64,000 nt of DNA from the NCBI GenBank assembly GCA_043801855.1, contig JAZDLQ010000019.1, forward strand, positions 384 through 64,383, given 5' to 3'. Shown here in pieces: positions 9,634 through 19,548 of this stretch. The notes under the pieces were generated by a model, which did not search any database, was not told the origin of the DNA, and saw nothing but the letters and a program-made list of their open reading frames with translations. The position numbers were made by a program, and so were the translations under genes. The number at the start of each line of letters is the position of its first letter. The first letter of the stretch is position 1. Origin of the DNA: an archaeon. GTDB lineage: Archaea > Nanobdellota > Nanobdellia > Woesearchaeales > GW2011-AR15.

Positions 9634-10104
9634 ATGCCTCCAGTAAACATCATTTTAATACTGAAAGATTATGGTTTTACGATAATTATGTCTTTTGCAT
9701 TCCTATTCTTTTTTATTAAAATATCGCCATTGATTAACAACAGATTAGAAATTGTGCTCTCATATGTGAAAAGCATATTTTTTGCAAATCAGCTTTCAGT
9801 GCAAAACCCGCATAAGATAAATTCTGTTGAGTATAATGGAATTATCGCACAGTATAAAAAAATTCCAAAAGACACATGTGACAGAACAAAGTTCGAGACT
9901 GCAATTGCAAAAAAGATAACTGAAGAAAAGGGCAGTTTTTCAGTTAGTGATGTTCTTAAGAAAATTGACGAACTGTATTCAGGCTCACTTGGACGGCAAG
10001 AAAGAATTGATTTATATGAAGATGTCAAAAGATGGACAAGCCATGGAGACTTATGCACCATTGATAAAGAAGAGCATAGTGTAAAATATTTTAAATTTAA
10101 ATAA
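9634..10104 (+). CDS. Hypothetical protein with an N-terminal TM helix
   Basis: Co-directional ORF 4 nt after the giant gene. One N-terminal hydrophobic helix. No motif recognised. Confidence 0.4.
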   Translation: MPPVNIILILKDYGFTIIMSFAFLFFFIKISPLINNRLEIVLSYVKSIFFANQLSVQNPHKINSVEYNGIIAQYKKIPKDTCDRTKFETAIAKKITEEKGSFSVSDVLKKIDELYSGSLGRQERIDLYEDVKRWTSHGDLCTIDKEEHSVKYFKFK

Positions 10105-10127
10105 CAAAAAACGAGGTGAAAAATTAT

Positions 10128-10424
10128 ATGAAATTAAAAACAATTGCAATAATGCTGTTAATTGCGATATCATTAACAACAACAGTATTAGCGCTGGAAG
10201 TTGATCCAATAACAGGATATTTTAACGGTAAAATACTGCCATTTATCCAAAGTGTTGGAACAATTTTTGTGATAGTTGGCGTTATATTTGGCGGCTTTAA
10301 GTTTGTCAAATCAGATGATCCGGCGGAAAAAAGCAAGGGAAAAAACATTATAATCGGCTGCGTTATAGCGCTTGCATTATTATGGCTTGCACCTGCTCTT
10401 GTTGAATATCTTAAGCCTTCATAA
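10128..10424 (+). CDS. VirB2/TrbC-like pilin candidate
   Basis: Signal peptide MKLKTIAIMLLIAISLTTTVLA, then two hydrophobic helices split by a short charged loop (IFVIVGVIFGGFKFV-KSDDPAEKSKGKN-IIIGCVIALALLWLAPALV). GAGGTGA RBS before ATG 10128; the ORF track starts at GTG 10116. Confidence 0.6.
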   Translation: MKLKTIAIMLLIAISLTTTVLALEVDPITGYFNGKILPFIQSVGTIFVIVGVIFGGFKFVKSDDPAEKSKGKNIIIGCVIALALLWLAPALVEYLKPS

Positions 10425-10426
10425 GA

Positions 10427-11968
10427 ATGCAAGTTAATTTTTTTTTATTTTTTTTATTAATTATTATTATGTCATCATCAGGCGTTGCAGAAACAGACAC
10501 ATTATCATTTGCATATTGCAAGAAAATAGGCATTGACTGCACAACCAGTGAATTTCCTAAAGACATCGACATTGATAGAGAAAAAGAAATCATATTAACA
10601 AAAATCATGGAAAAAACAAAACCACCGTATCACAATCTGGTGCAGTTATGGAATTTAAATACAGATTTTTTGGAAAAGCCAGCAGATGTTGAAATTGTTA
10701 ATTATAAAACCATATCAAACGCATGGATAATAACTCCGGCAGTAATGCCTTCAGTAAATTATAATAATGTTTACTACATAGGAGATTCTGGCATTGTTCT
10801 TACATCGTATAACTATTCTTTAAGCATTCCTGAAAATTATGTTGGAACAACAAAAACCTGTGATAAAAACCCAGTTGTAAATGAATTGAATGATTGCAAA
10901 ACACTTTACACAGGCAATACTGATGAAACCACACTAAGTATATATCAGAACAATGTATTAATAGGAAACAATAGGGTAACAGAAGTTAATTCAGAAGACT
11001 CAAATTCATTTGAATCCGTATTAAGCATAAAAAATGCAATAGATATTAAGCATTATAAATGGGATAAAACAGGCAAATGCTGCCAGTATAAATCTTGCTG
11101 TTTTAAGGTCAACAATAAAAAAGTATGCAGAAGAGATAAAAGATGCGGCTGTGATATTAATGAAAAGGAATGCAGGTTTAATTCAAACGATAAAAAAACA
11201 GACGAACTCGAATTAAAAAGTTCATTTTATGCAGCAAAAGAAAATGCAATACTGCCGCAGGATAATAACTTAATAATTGATAGTTCCGGCATTCAAAGTA
11301 AAGCGCAATTAAGTATTAACACTAATAGTTTAGTTTCATACCAAATTAATTATGAAACACAGATAATAAAAAAAGAATATGGAAAATACAAGTTAAACCA
11401 TATATATGCGCCTCAAAACATTTTATTTGTCTCTTTTATCAATAATGAAAAACTGTACACTGAAAACGCTAAAATTAATTATATAAAAAAAACCGATATT
11501 TCTGAAATTTTATCATTTGCTGCAGAACCTGCAGAGCCTGAAACATGTAAAATTCTCTTAGATAAATTCTTCAGTGCCAGTATTTCTGACTGCAATATTA
11601 TGCAACTTTCTAAAAGCAGCTTATTAATTGAAACTGATAAGTGGTTTTACGCAGTCAATGATACAATTAAACTAAAATTATATTTCACTAATCCTAACAA
11701 TGAAAAAAAAACAATAGCAGTAAGTTACTCAAACCAATCAATTATTGATGAGACAACAGGAGAGATTTTTGAAGCTGCTTTTATTCCTGATATTAGTGCA
11801 TCGCTTATTACTGCACAACTTCAAGGGACATCGGATTATAGTTCAAGTGAGTCATCTGCATTAATTACAGTGTATGACAATTCTGATTATGCGCCGCTTG
11901 TTTGGGCGGTTTTTATTATAATTTTCATGTATTTGGGCTATCGGCTTATTATAAAGGGAGTGAAATAA
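10427..11968 (+). CDS. Secreted, C-terminally membrane-anchored protein with a Cys-rich core; unknown function
   Basis: N-terminal signal-like FFLFFLLIIIMSSSGVA. Cys cluster KCCQYKSCCFKVNNKKVCRRDKRCGCDINEKEC. C-terminal TM LVWAVFIIIFMYLGYRLII. Confidence 0.5.
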   Translation: MQVNFFLFFLLIIIMSSSGVAETDTLSFAYCKKIGIDCTTSEFPKDIDIDREKEIILTKIMEKTKPPYHNLVQLWNLNTDFLEKPADVEIVNYKTISNAWIITPAVMPSVNYNNVYYIGDSGIVLTSYNYSLSIPENYVGTTKTCDKNPVVNELNDCKTLYTGNTDETTLSIYQNNVLIGNNRVTEVNSEDSNSFESVLSIKNAIDIKHYKWDKTGKCCQYKSCCFKVNNKKVCRRDKRCGCDINEKECRFNSNDKKTDELELKSSFYAAKENAILPQDNNLIIDSSGIQSKAQLSINTNSLVSYQINYETQIIKKEYGKYKLNHIYAPQNILFVSFINNEKLYTENAKINYIKKTDISEILSFAAEPAEPETCKILLDKFFSASISDCNIMQLSKSSLLIETDKWFYAVNDTIKLKLYFTNPNNEKKTIAVSYSNQSIIDETTGEIFEAAFIPDISASLITAQLQGTSDYSSSESSALITVYDNSDYAPLVWAVFIIIFMYLGYRLIIKGVK

Positions 11969-11971
11969 GCA

Positions 11972-12538
11972 ATGATTTTGAATGAATTTGCATTAAATAC
12001 AGTAATGATTAACAAAAAACTAGTGTCAATATTATTAATAATAACAGGCACGTCAATGGTTTTTCTGCCAAGGATCTTTATAATTATAGGGGCGTGCAGC
12101 GTAATTTATGGAATTAAGCTTTTTAATGACCATTTTATTGAAAATACATTTCACTGCAAAAGAAATTCTATTAGACCAAATATTTGGAACAGGCGCCTTT
12201 ATGCAGTATTTATTCTGCCGGCAGTATTTATTATGGGGTTAGTGTACATAGTAAACCCATCACCGGTTTACAAAGCCCTCTCATTAATGTTCACACTGCC
12301 TTTTGTAATAATTACAGCGATGATTATGCGCTACAATGCAGTTACTGGATTAGAAGAATCAGCTGTTGTTAAAGTATACTTTGATAAAAGATTATCTGAA
12401 GCAAAGTTAACAATGGCATTAGGAATTTTGCTTGCTTTAATTTCTGCAATTACATTAATTGGGCTCTCTATATTTGCATTTGGATTTACAAAATATTTCA
12501 CTGTAAAAATTCTCTTGCAAAATAATCCTGCGAGGTAA
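11972..12538 (+). CDS. Polytopic membrane protein (about 4 TM), T4SS-locus component of unknown role
   Basis: Four hydrophobic helices. Tightly packed in the operon, with 3-4 nt gaps to both neighbours. Confidence 0.45.
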   Translation: MILNEFALNTVMINKKLVSILLIITGTSMVFLPRIFIIIGACSVIYGIKLFNDHFIENTFHCKRNSIRPNIWNRRLYAVFILPAVFIMGLVYIVNPSPVYKALSLMFTLPFVIITAMIMRYNAVTGLEESAVVKVYFDKRLSEAKLTMALGILLALISAITLIGLSIFAFGFTKYFTVKILLQNNPAR

Positions 12539-12542
12539 AACA

Positions 12543-13001
12543 ATGAAACCAAAATACAATGCATTTGCAATTATCATTTTTATTTTAGCAATATTTTTTG
12601 TTAGCTGCATAAACAAAGAAAATGCGTCTGATACTAAAGAACTATCAAACGAAAATATACCTGAAGAAAGATCGTTGGTAATAGAAATAAAAAATCAAAT
12701 TCAAGGAAAAGACGGCAAAACATATGATGTGTATCCTTCTTCTGAATATGACTATTCTGTTTCTGATGCTGTATTTAAAGGATATAATATGGAAAAACTT
12801 TCAAATAAAAAAAAACAGTGCCATATAAGAAGCGAAAGAAAACATATGGCAACCCATGAAACACAGCCATTCTGGCGCCCGTTAAAAATACCATGCGAAA
12901 ATAAAGATGACTGCATAAATTACATAAGAAAAAATGACAGTTACTTAAGTTATTTGTTGCAGGATGATACTGACATATTATGCATTCCTTACGCCATTTA
13001 A
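12543..13001 (+). CDS. Putative secreted protein or lipoprotein
   Basis: N-terminal AFAIIIFILAIFFVSCINKE (signal peptide plus Cys). The remainder is hydrophilic. Confidence 0.45.
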   Translation: MKPKYNAFAIIIFILAIFFVSCINKENASDTKELSNENIPEERSLVIEIKNQIQGKDGKTYDVYPSSEYDYSVSDAVFKGYNMEKLSNKKKQCHIRSERKHMATHETQPFWRPLKIPCENKDDCINYIRKNDSYLSYLLQDDTDILCIPYAI

Positions 13002-13011
13002 GTGACTTACA

Positions 13012-14049
13012 ATGAATAAAAAATATATATTCTTTTTTTCGTGCATTTCTATGTTAATAATCATAAATTACTCCTATGCAGATGATTATTGTGAAACATT
13101 AGGCGGGAAATTTTGCACTGCTGAAGAATATTGCAATGGCAATGAGAAAATTGCGCTTAACAATTATGAAATAGGAAGCTGCTGCATAGGAACGTGCAAT
13201 AGTTATAATTCTGTTTTTTGTGAGAATGTGACAAAAATCGAAAATTCCGTCAATTGTGCAGCATTAACTTCAAAAGAAAAGCTTTCAAATTATAAAATTT
13301 CATCACTCTCGTTATTCATAAAATTATTTAATCCGCAGATAACAGCAAAGCCTATTCAAAAGCTATATAATTTTTGGATGAGCTTATTTTCCGTTATTGG
13401 AACAATTATTGTGATACTTACTGCTTTTAAGTACTTAAGCTTGTTATTTGACCCAGCCGCTTCTCCTGAAGAGATTCTAAGCCTTAAAAACAAGATGTTT
13501 TTTTTTATTTTTGGAATTTTGTTTGTCTTTGTTTTTCCGCATGTAATCTCTTTTTTATTCACCACATTAAATTTTACCTTTACAGTTATATCTCGGATTT
13601 TTGTAGATGATGGAAATGTATTGGCATTATCAGAAATGTTAACAAAAACAGATGGGGCCAACATTCTTTTTTTAATGAGAGATTTTTTATTCTTCCTGTT
13701 TCTTATAATACTTCTTTTAAGATACTTGGTAATCACAGTACTTCTTGTTTTTTCGCCAATTATGATATTTATGTACCTTTTTGTTTTGACGGAAAAGCTT
13801 GGCACAAAGTGGTTAACTGTGCTATTAATAAGTATCTTCATGCCTGCCTTGTGGCTGTTATTATTTGCCCTTTTAATTCCAATTGCGTCAGTTATTGGCA
13901 GCAGTGTTTCAGAGGGTATTCTTTTACCTGTATTTATGAGCGCAATAATTTACTTTAATATTTCTATTTATAGAACATTGATTGGGCTTGAATTTAGTTT
14001 TCGGGAGATTGTATTTTCAATTGTTAAATTATGGAGTAAGGTAATGTGA
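13012..14049 (+). CDS. VirB6/TrbL-like polytopic membrane protein with an N-terminal Cys-rich ectodomain
   Basis: Signal peptide, then CETLGGKFCTAEEYCNGNEK...SCCIGTCN, then about 6 TM helices. Same architecture as the next gene. Confidence 0.5.
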   Translation: MNKKYIFFFSCISMLIIINYSYADDYCETLGGKFCTAEEYCNGNEKIALNNYEIGSCCIGTCNSYNSVFCENVTKIENSVNCAALTSKEKLSNYKISSLSLFIKLFNPQITAKPIQKLYNFWMSLFSVIGTIIVILTAFKYLSLLFDPAASPEEILSLKNKMFFFIFGILFVFVFPHVISFLFTTLNFTFTVISRIFVDDGNVLALSEMLTKTDGANILFLMRDFLFFLFLIILLLRYLVITVLLVFSPIMIFMYLFVLTEKLGTKWLTVLLISIFMPALWLLLFALLIPIASVIGSSVSEGILLPVFMSAIIYFNISIYRTLIGLEFSFREIVFSIVKLWSKVM

Positions 14050-15143
14050 AACAGGCAAATTTATTTTTTTTAATATTTTTAATTATATTACTGGCAGTTC
14101 CGATATGTTATTCCCAAAATACAGACAGGCCATGTACAGAGGATGAAATATGTGACGGAGTAATTATTAACGGCATTTGCAGCGGCACATGCACTGCAAA
14201 AGGAGAAACAAGCTGCTCTCTTTTGGATTTTTCAGCAGAGTGTATTATTGGAAGCCTGGTTAACAAACTTAAGGCAAGTTTCGAGGAATTTTTAAACAAG
14301 TCATTTCTATTTATTCTTGATTTTAATGTAAATGCAAAGGGAAATGAAAAATTGTGGCAGTTTTCATACAGCATATCTTTTTTAATTGCAGTATTTCTAT
14401 TGTCAGTTACTTCAATTTCGTATTTTAAGGAAGCACTTCTTGACAACTCCAGCGTTGAACTATTAAATTCTTATAAGGCGCAGTTCATCCGATTTATTTT
14501 CATGCTGATTTTTCTTGCAGGCTGTTCTTATATTGCATCACTTGTTACTGAAGGTTTTTACATATTTAATTTAGAAATATTAAAGGCAATGGATTTTAAC
14601 CTTATTGAAAGTTTTGTGTCAGTCATTCTTGCAAGCTTAATTATCCTGCTTCCGATAATTTATTTGTCACTGGGCGCAGGACTTGCAGTATACATAGGAG
14701 TTATTGTCACATTTTTTGTAATTGCGGCTCTTAGAATAATTATTTTATACCCGCTTTTGTCTGTTATGCCAATTGCAATTGTTCTTTGCCATTTTGAATC
14801 AACAAAGCCAATAGGAAATACCCTTATTCGTTTTGTATTCTCGCATTTCATTATTTTGACTGTTTGGGTCGTTGTTTTTGCTGTTGCAAATGATGCAATG
14901 GAAGGAATAATAATTGTCAGTAACATTGCACAGGGATTTTTTTTGCTTGCAGCATTTCTTATTAATTCTGTATTATACTTCAAAATAAATTCATTTTTTG
15001 CAGCGCTTGAGTTTGCGCCTAAGAAAGCAAGAACAGTAGTAGAACGCGGCGTTACTAATGAAAGGGTTGTAGTTTTAAGAGAAAAAATATTTGGCAAAAG
15101 CCTGTACAATGGGCAAAAGAGCCTGATAAAATATGTTAAATAA
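14046..15143 (+). CDS. VirB6/TrbL-like polytopic membrane protein, same architecture as 13012-14049
   Basis: Signal peptide, then PCTEDEICDGVIINGICSGTCTAKGETSC, then about 6-7 TM helices. Its GTG start overlaps the upstream stop (GTGA). Confidence 0.5.
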   Translation: MKQANLFFLIFLIILLAVPICYSQNTDRPCTEDEICDGVIINGICSGTCTAKGETSCSLLDFSAECIIGSLVNKLKASFEEFLNKSFLFILDFNVNAKGNEKLWQFSYSISFLIAVFLLSVTSISYFKEALLDNSSVELLNSYKAQFIRFIFMLIFLAGCSYIASLVTEGFYIFNLEILKAMDFNLIESFVSVILASLIILLPIIYLSLGAGLAVYIGVIVTFFVIAALRIIILYPLLSVMPIAIVLCHFESTKPIGNTLIRFVFSHFIILTVWVVVFAVANDAMEGIIIVSNIAQGFFLLAAFLINSVLYFKINSFFAALEFAPKKARTVVERGVTNERVVVLREKIFGKSLYNGQKSLIKYVK

Positions 15144-15145
15144 GG

Positions 15146-16081
15146 GTGTTAAAAATATCACTTGAAATACCGCAGTGGCTTACAGACGGGGAAACTAAAG
15201 ACAGTTTTTCATTCAGGAGTTTTGAAGAAACACTTATTGCGCTTGGGCTTGGGATATTTTCCTTGGTTTTACTTATAAAACTTCCATTTGGGTTTAAATA
15301 CAACCTGATAATCAGTGCAGCATTATTTGTCGGTATTTTTGAAACATACAGGTATGTCTCAGCAAATTATTACAAATGGAAGCTTCTTTCTAACTCTTAC
15401 CATAATGTTTCTTTTTTTGATTCAAAAATGAATGACTACCTAAATATTCGGGAAATCAAAAATAAGGTTATTTTTTTCAAAGATAATACTATGATGTCAA
15501 TTCTTCGTGTAAAGTCTATTGACGGCAGCCTTCTAGGCGACGATGAAATTAATAGTGTTATTGAAACATACGGCGCAGCAATAAAATCAATACCGCACAC
15601 CATATTTGTTTTTTCACATTCAGTTGAACCGTCATTAAACAGTTTTTTTGCATCCACAGATGAAAAAATCATAAAGAAAGGAGGAGATTATGAAGAAAAC
15701 ATCAAGCGAAACAAGGAAACACAGAAATGGCTTATTGAAAAAATGAAAGAAAGTGACTGCAGGGACAGGATAAGCTATTTTGGAGTTTTGTGTAAAAAAA
15801 AGACTGTTTCAATGTCATTTTCTGATTCACTTGCATTTCTTTTTAATATAAAAGGTTTTCATGAAGTAAACAAAGAATCAAAAACAGAAGCTTTTCGGGA
15901 ACGGCAGATATCTGACATGAATATTATTATTGAAAATGCCGCACTTGCAATTGACAAAACAGGTGCAACAGCACATGTCCTTAATGACGATGAACTTATT
16001 GGCTTATACTCGTATTATTTTTTAAACATTAAAGGTGTTGGCAAATCCAACCTTTCGCCATTTATGTGGCTGGAGGAATAA
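15146..16081 (+). CDS. Membrane protein (VirB3-like two-TM N-terminus) with a soluble domain resembling the VirB4 N-terminal region
   Basis: Two TM helices (LIALGLGIFSLVLLI, LIISAALFVGIF), then NKVIFFKDNTMMSILRVKSIDGSLLGDDEINSVIETYGAAIKSI. Sits directly upstream of the VirB4-like genes. Confidence 0.4.
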   Translation: MLKISLEIPQWLTDGETKDSFSFRSFEETLIALGLGIFSLVLLIKLPFGFKYNLIISAALFVGIFETYRYVSANYYKWKLLSNSYHNVSFFDSKMNDYLNIREIKNKVIFFKDNTMMSILRVKSIDGSLLGDDEINSVIETYGAAIKSIPHTIFVFSHSVEPSLNSFFASTDEKIIKKGGDYEENIKRNKETQKWLIEKMKESDCRDRISYFGVLCKKKTVSMSFSDSLAFLFNIKGFHEVNKESKTEAFRERQISDMNIIIENAALAIDKTGATAHVLNDDELIGLYSYYFLNIKGVGKSNLSPFMWLEE

Positions 16082-16082
16082 G

Positions 16083-17336
16083 ATGCAAAAAAACAAGCCT
16101 ATTGAAATTTTTTCAAATTTAAAATCGCGCGGTAAATTCGCTCTTGACGGTATTTTGACTCTTGAAGATAATTCCATTTTTGCTGTAATTGAAGTAACTC
16201 ATTTTCCATTTTATGACTTTGACAAAAAAACAAGGAATCAAATTACTGAAAAAATAAATACCATTCTTTTTAAGAAACTCTCGTTTCCTGTTGAACTTCT
16301 CATACGCCCTGTAAACTTAAACATTGACAAAAAAATTGCAATAATGAATTCCATTCTTACATATAACGTCAATAAAACAGATAAGCCAAAACTTATTGAA
16401 TGCCTTGAATCCTTCATGAAATGGTTTAGTGCATTTGGCGCAAAACTCACAAATTCTGAAGTTGCATACTACTTAACTGTAAACTATAAAGGGCTTAATA
16501 ATGAAAAAGGAGCAGCATGCAACGACATTTTGCAAAAAAGAATTGAATTTGTCATATCTGCACTAAACACCTCAGGGATAAAATCAAAACAATTAACAAC
16601 AGCACAGATTGAAAATGTGTACAAGTCATTTCTATCAGCCCACATTTATGTTAAAGGCACATATTACTTTGCAAAAGAGTGGATTGCATTATATAGGAAA
16701 GAAGCAGCAAATGAAGATAAAAATAATGCAGTATATGATGAAATAATTGAGCAGGTAAATTTATTATCTAATAATCAGGTTTTGTTTGACAGGCTTAAAA
16801 TGGGCAACATGCTTTACAGGGGAATTATTGTTGTTGCAAATCCTGAAAAAATTATGCCTGATTTTGTAAACAAGATATACCAAAACATAGATAATGTCAT
16901 AACATCAGTAAATGTATCTCCTGAATCTGTAATTAATGTTGTGCATCACCTTATGCATGAGCTTAGTATTACTGAAAAGGAAATTAACAGCCTTGCACTT
17001 GAAGGCAAAATTTCAGGAAAAGGCATGGTTGCGCTTGAAAACCGAAGAAATTTTCTAAAAGAAAAAATTGAAAAATTAATGTCAGAGGAACTAATGCCGT
17101 TTAAATTAAGCTTAACTTTTTTAGTTGAAGAAATAAATGACGAAAATCTTGATTATGCCTCAAATTCTCTTATGTCTTCATTAAGAAAACTTGGTTTTGT
17201 GTTAAAGTTTGCAGTTAATTATCAAAAAGAAGCTTTTTTAACAATTTTGCCAAGCGGCGCAAACTATCTGAGGCGGCGTGAAATTATTGTTGCAAATGAT
17301 CTTGTTTCAACTATGTTTAATTTCTCAAAAAGGTGA
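16083..17336 (+). CDS. ATPase-less paralog of the VirB4 N-terminal domain
   Basis: GGAGGAA RBS before ATG 16083. AFLTILPSGANYLRRREIIVANDLVSTMFNF parallels YVLKTIIPTGANRLTKHELFVPDKSLQATMPFL in the next gene. No Walker motifs. Confidence 0.5.
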   Translation: MQKNKPIEIFSNLKSRGKFALDGILTLEDNSIFAVIEVTHFPFYDFDKKTRNQITEKINTILFKKLSFPVELLIRPVNLNIDKKIAIMNSILTYNVNKTDKPKLIECLESFMKWFSAFGAKLTNSEVAYYLTVNYKGLNNEKGAACNDILQKRIEFVISALNTSGIKSKQLTTAQIENVYKSFLSAHIYVKGTYYFAKEWIALYRKEAANEDKNNAVYDEIIEQVNLLSNNQVLFDRLKMGNMLYRGIIVVANPEKIMPDFVNKIYQNIDNVITSVNVSPESVINVVHHLMHELSITEKEINSLALEGKISGKGMVALENRRNFLKEKIEKLMSEELMPFKLSLTFLVEEINDENLDYASNSLMSSLRKLGFVLKFAVNYQKEAFLTILPSGANYLRRREIIVANDLVSTMFNFSKR

Positions 17337-17379
17337 CTAAAAAATTTTACAGAAACAATACAGTGAATCAGAAATTGAC

Positions 17380-19533
17380 TTGTCTCTTATTAAGATTGAA
17401 CGGCTTTTATTAAAAAACGGGCTTGTTTATCCTGATGATTTTAACAAAATTTGCGAAAGCCTTTCAATTGAAGAGAGAAGCATCTTATTAAAAAAACTAG
17501 AAAATAAAAATTACATAAATATTGACGATGAAAAAATAATCAAGTATTCGCCGAAAGAGTACAGTTCGGTTTATGATGAAAAAATAATACTTCGCGATAT
17601 ATTAAAGCTTGATTATGTCAACACAACCAAAGAATATGTACAGGTTGGGACAATGTATTTTAAAGGCATTATATGCCGGCGTTTTCCATCATCACCAAAA
17701 ATAAACTGGCTAAAGAAACTTACAAGCGACAAGTCAAAAATTGACTATTCCATAATCATGTCGCAAAGCGACATGAATGAGCTAAAGCTATTCTTAAGAA
17801 AAGAACTACGAAAGACTGAGGATGAACTTTACAAATATTCAAATTCAGGAAGAAGCAGCCCTGAACTGGAAAGAAAAAAAGAAGACCTTGTTAACCTGAT
17901 TGCTCGTCTTGGCATTGAATATTATGAGTTTAAGGTTGCACTATTCATTATTGTTAAAGGAAATTCGCTTGAAGAAGTTGAAAACCTCAAAGAGTATGCA
18001 ATTTCAATTTTAAGAGGAGAAGACATCATTGCAGAAGATGCAACTTACCTGCACGAGTATGTACTTAAGACTATTATTCCTACAGGCGCAAACAGGCTTA
18101 CTAAGCATGAGCTTTTTGTTCCTGATAAAAGCCTGCAGGCAACAATGCCGTTTTTGCATCCCTGGCAGGACATTGAGCCTGATGATGAAATAATACTTGG
18201 GTTTAACGAATCAGGATTAGTTGCAACAGGAAATATTTGGAAACTTGGCAGTTACTCCGGATTATATATGGGAAAAACAGGCAGCGGCAAGTCAATGGCT
18301 GCAAAATACGAAATATATCAGCAGATGTTAATTGGAGGCGCAAGAGTCATTGTAATCGATCCTGCAGCTTCAAAAGTAAAAGGTGCGGCAGCAGAATATT
18401 ACAGAATGTGCAGCCTCTTAAACGGAAAATATATCTCATTTTCAACAGATTCAGAAAACCTTCCTAATATCATGGGAACATTTCCTGACACAAGGTTTGA
18501 TGATGAGATGCGAAGGATTGATTCAATTATTCGAGTGTTTTTTGAAGATGAAGAAAAACGTGTGCCTGAGCCGCAGAAGCCGTTAATTGCAACAGCAATT
18601 GTTGAATCATTCAGAAGAAAAGGAATTACAAGAAAAACAAAAGAATTTTGGAAAAAGCTCCAGCCAAAACTTGAAGACTTGCTTTTTTCATTTAAAAAAG
18701 GGCTTCTAAGCGCAAAAACTGAAAGCACAAGGATGAGTTATGAGGCATTAATTAAGCGGCTTGAGCCTTGTGTTGGAAGTGGGCTTAGAAGCTATCTTAA
18801 TACTGAAGGCAAGACCGAAAATGTTGGCGAGCAGTTAACGGTGTATGAGTTTAAGGATACTCCAATGGATGATAAGCCTGTATTAATTACAAGGATGTTA
18901 AGTTACATAAAAAACATTGCACTTCAGACATTTGACAGGACAATTATTGTTTTGGAAGAGTCACAGTTCTGGCTTCGTGACCCGTATTTATCAAAATACC
19001 TCGCGGAAACAGAAACAACAATCAGGAAAACTAATACCGGTCTTCGCCTCATAATACAGGACTTGGGCCAGCTTGAAGGATGCAAGGAAGGCTTAACATT
19101 ACTTGGAAACCTGGCGTTTGTATATTTGTTCCAGACAGCGCCAAACCTTGTTCCATTAACACAGGAAACGTTTAAACTGAATGATGCTGAAAGCAAAGTA
19201 ATTGAAACATCAAAAGCAGGCGACTATGGCATTTTAATCTGGGAGAATAAGCATTATAAGCTCAAAGTTACAGTAGATCCTGAAACATATAATCTTATTA
19301 CAACAAATCCTGATGAAGTAAAAAGAATAGAAGATGAAGGCGGCCTTAAAAAAACAGAAAAAGTAGTGAAGGACTTATTAAAAGAAGATTTGGGCTATAT
19401 GCCGTTAACTATTCAGGCAGGACTTTCTGAACTTGCCGGAAAAATAAAAAACAAAGTACATGTAACATCAATTACAAAGCATTATCCTGATTATTACAGA
19501 AAAATCTTAGAACAGTTGTGCAAATTAAAATGA
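17380..19533 (+). CDS. VirB4/TrbE/CedB-like T4SS ATPase
   Basis: Walker A GKTGSGKS, Walker B-like TIIVLEESQFW, then RKTNTGLRLIIQDLGQL, with a VirB4-type N-domain. 717 aa. TTG start in the ORF track. Confidence 0.75.
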   Translation: MSLIKIERLLLKNGLVYPDDFNKICESLSIEERSILLKKLENKNYINIDDEKIIKYSPKEYSSVYDEKIILRDILKLDYVNTTKEYVQVGTMYFKGIICRRFPSSPKINWLKKLTSDKSKIDYSIIMSQSDMNELKLFLRKELRKTEDELYKYSNSGRSSPELERKKEDLVNLIARLGIEYYEFKVALFIIVKGNSLEEVENLKEYAISILRGEDIIAEDATYLHEYVLKTIIPTGANRLTKHELFVPDKSLQATMPFLHPWQDIEPDDEIILGFNESGLVATGNIWKLGSYSGLYMGKTGSGKSMAAKYEIYQQMLIGGARVIVIDPAASKVKGAAAEYYRMCSLLNGKYISFSTDSENLPNIMGTFPDTRFDDEMRRIDSIIRVFFEDEEKRVPEPQKPLIATAIVESFRRKGITRKTKEFWKKLQPKLEDLLFSFKKGLLSAKTESTRMSYEALIKRLEPCVGSGLRSYLNTEGKTENVGEQLTVYEFKDTPMDDKPVLITRMLSYIKNIALQTFDRTIIVLEESQFWLRDPYLSKYLAETETTIRKTNTGLRLIIQDLGQLEGCKEGLTLLGNLAFVYLFQTAPNLVPLTQETFKLNDAESKVIETSKAGDYGILIWENKHYKLKVTVDPETYNLITTNPDEVKRIEDEGGLKKTEKVVKDLLKEDLGYMPLTIQAGLSELAGKIKNKVHVTSITKHYPDYYRKILEQLCKLK

Positions 19534-19548
19534 ATATGGGTGTAAAAA

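Noticed and set aside
10124-10432. A 102-aa antisense ORF that exactly mirrors the pilin-candidate gene
   Set aside because: It lies wholly within a sense ORF that has a signal peptide, an RBS and operon context. An open antisense frame is expected from biased codon usage in AT-rich DNA. The antisense product has no start context or motif.
13356-15109. Long antisense ORFs (13356-13841 and 14660-15109) inside the VirB6-like genes
   Set aside because: They are shadow ORFs opposite strongly hydrophobic sense genes. The products are low complexity, with no RBS or motif.
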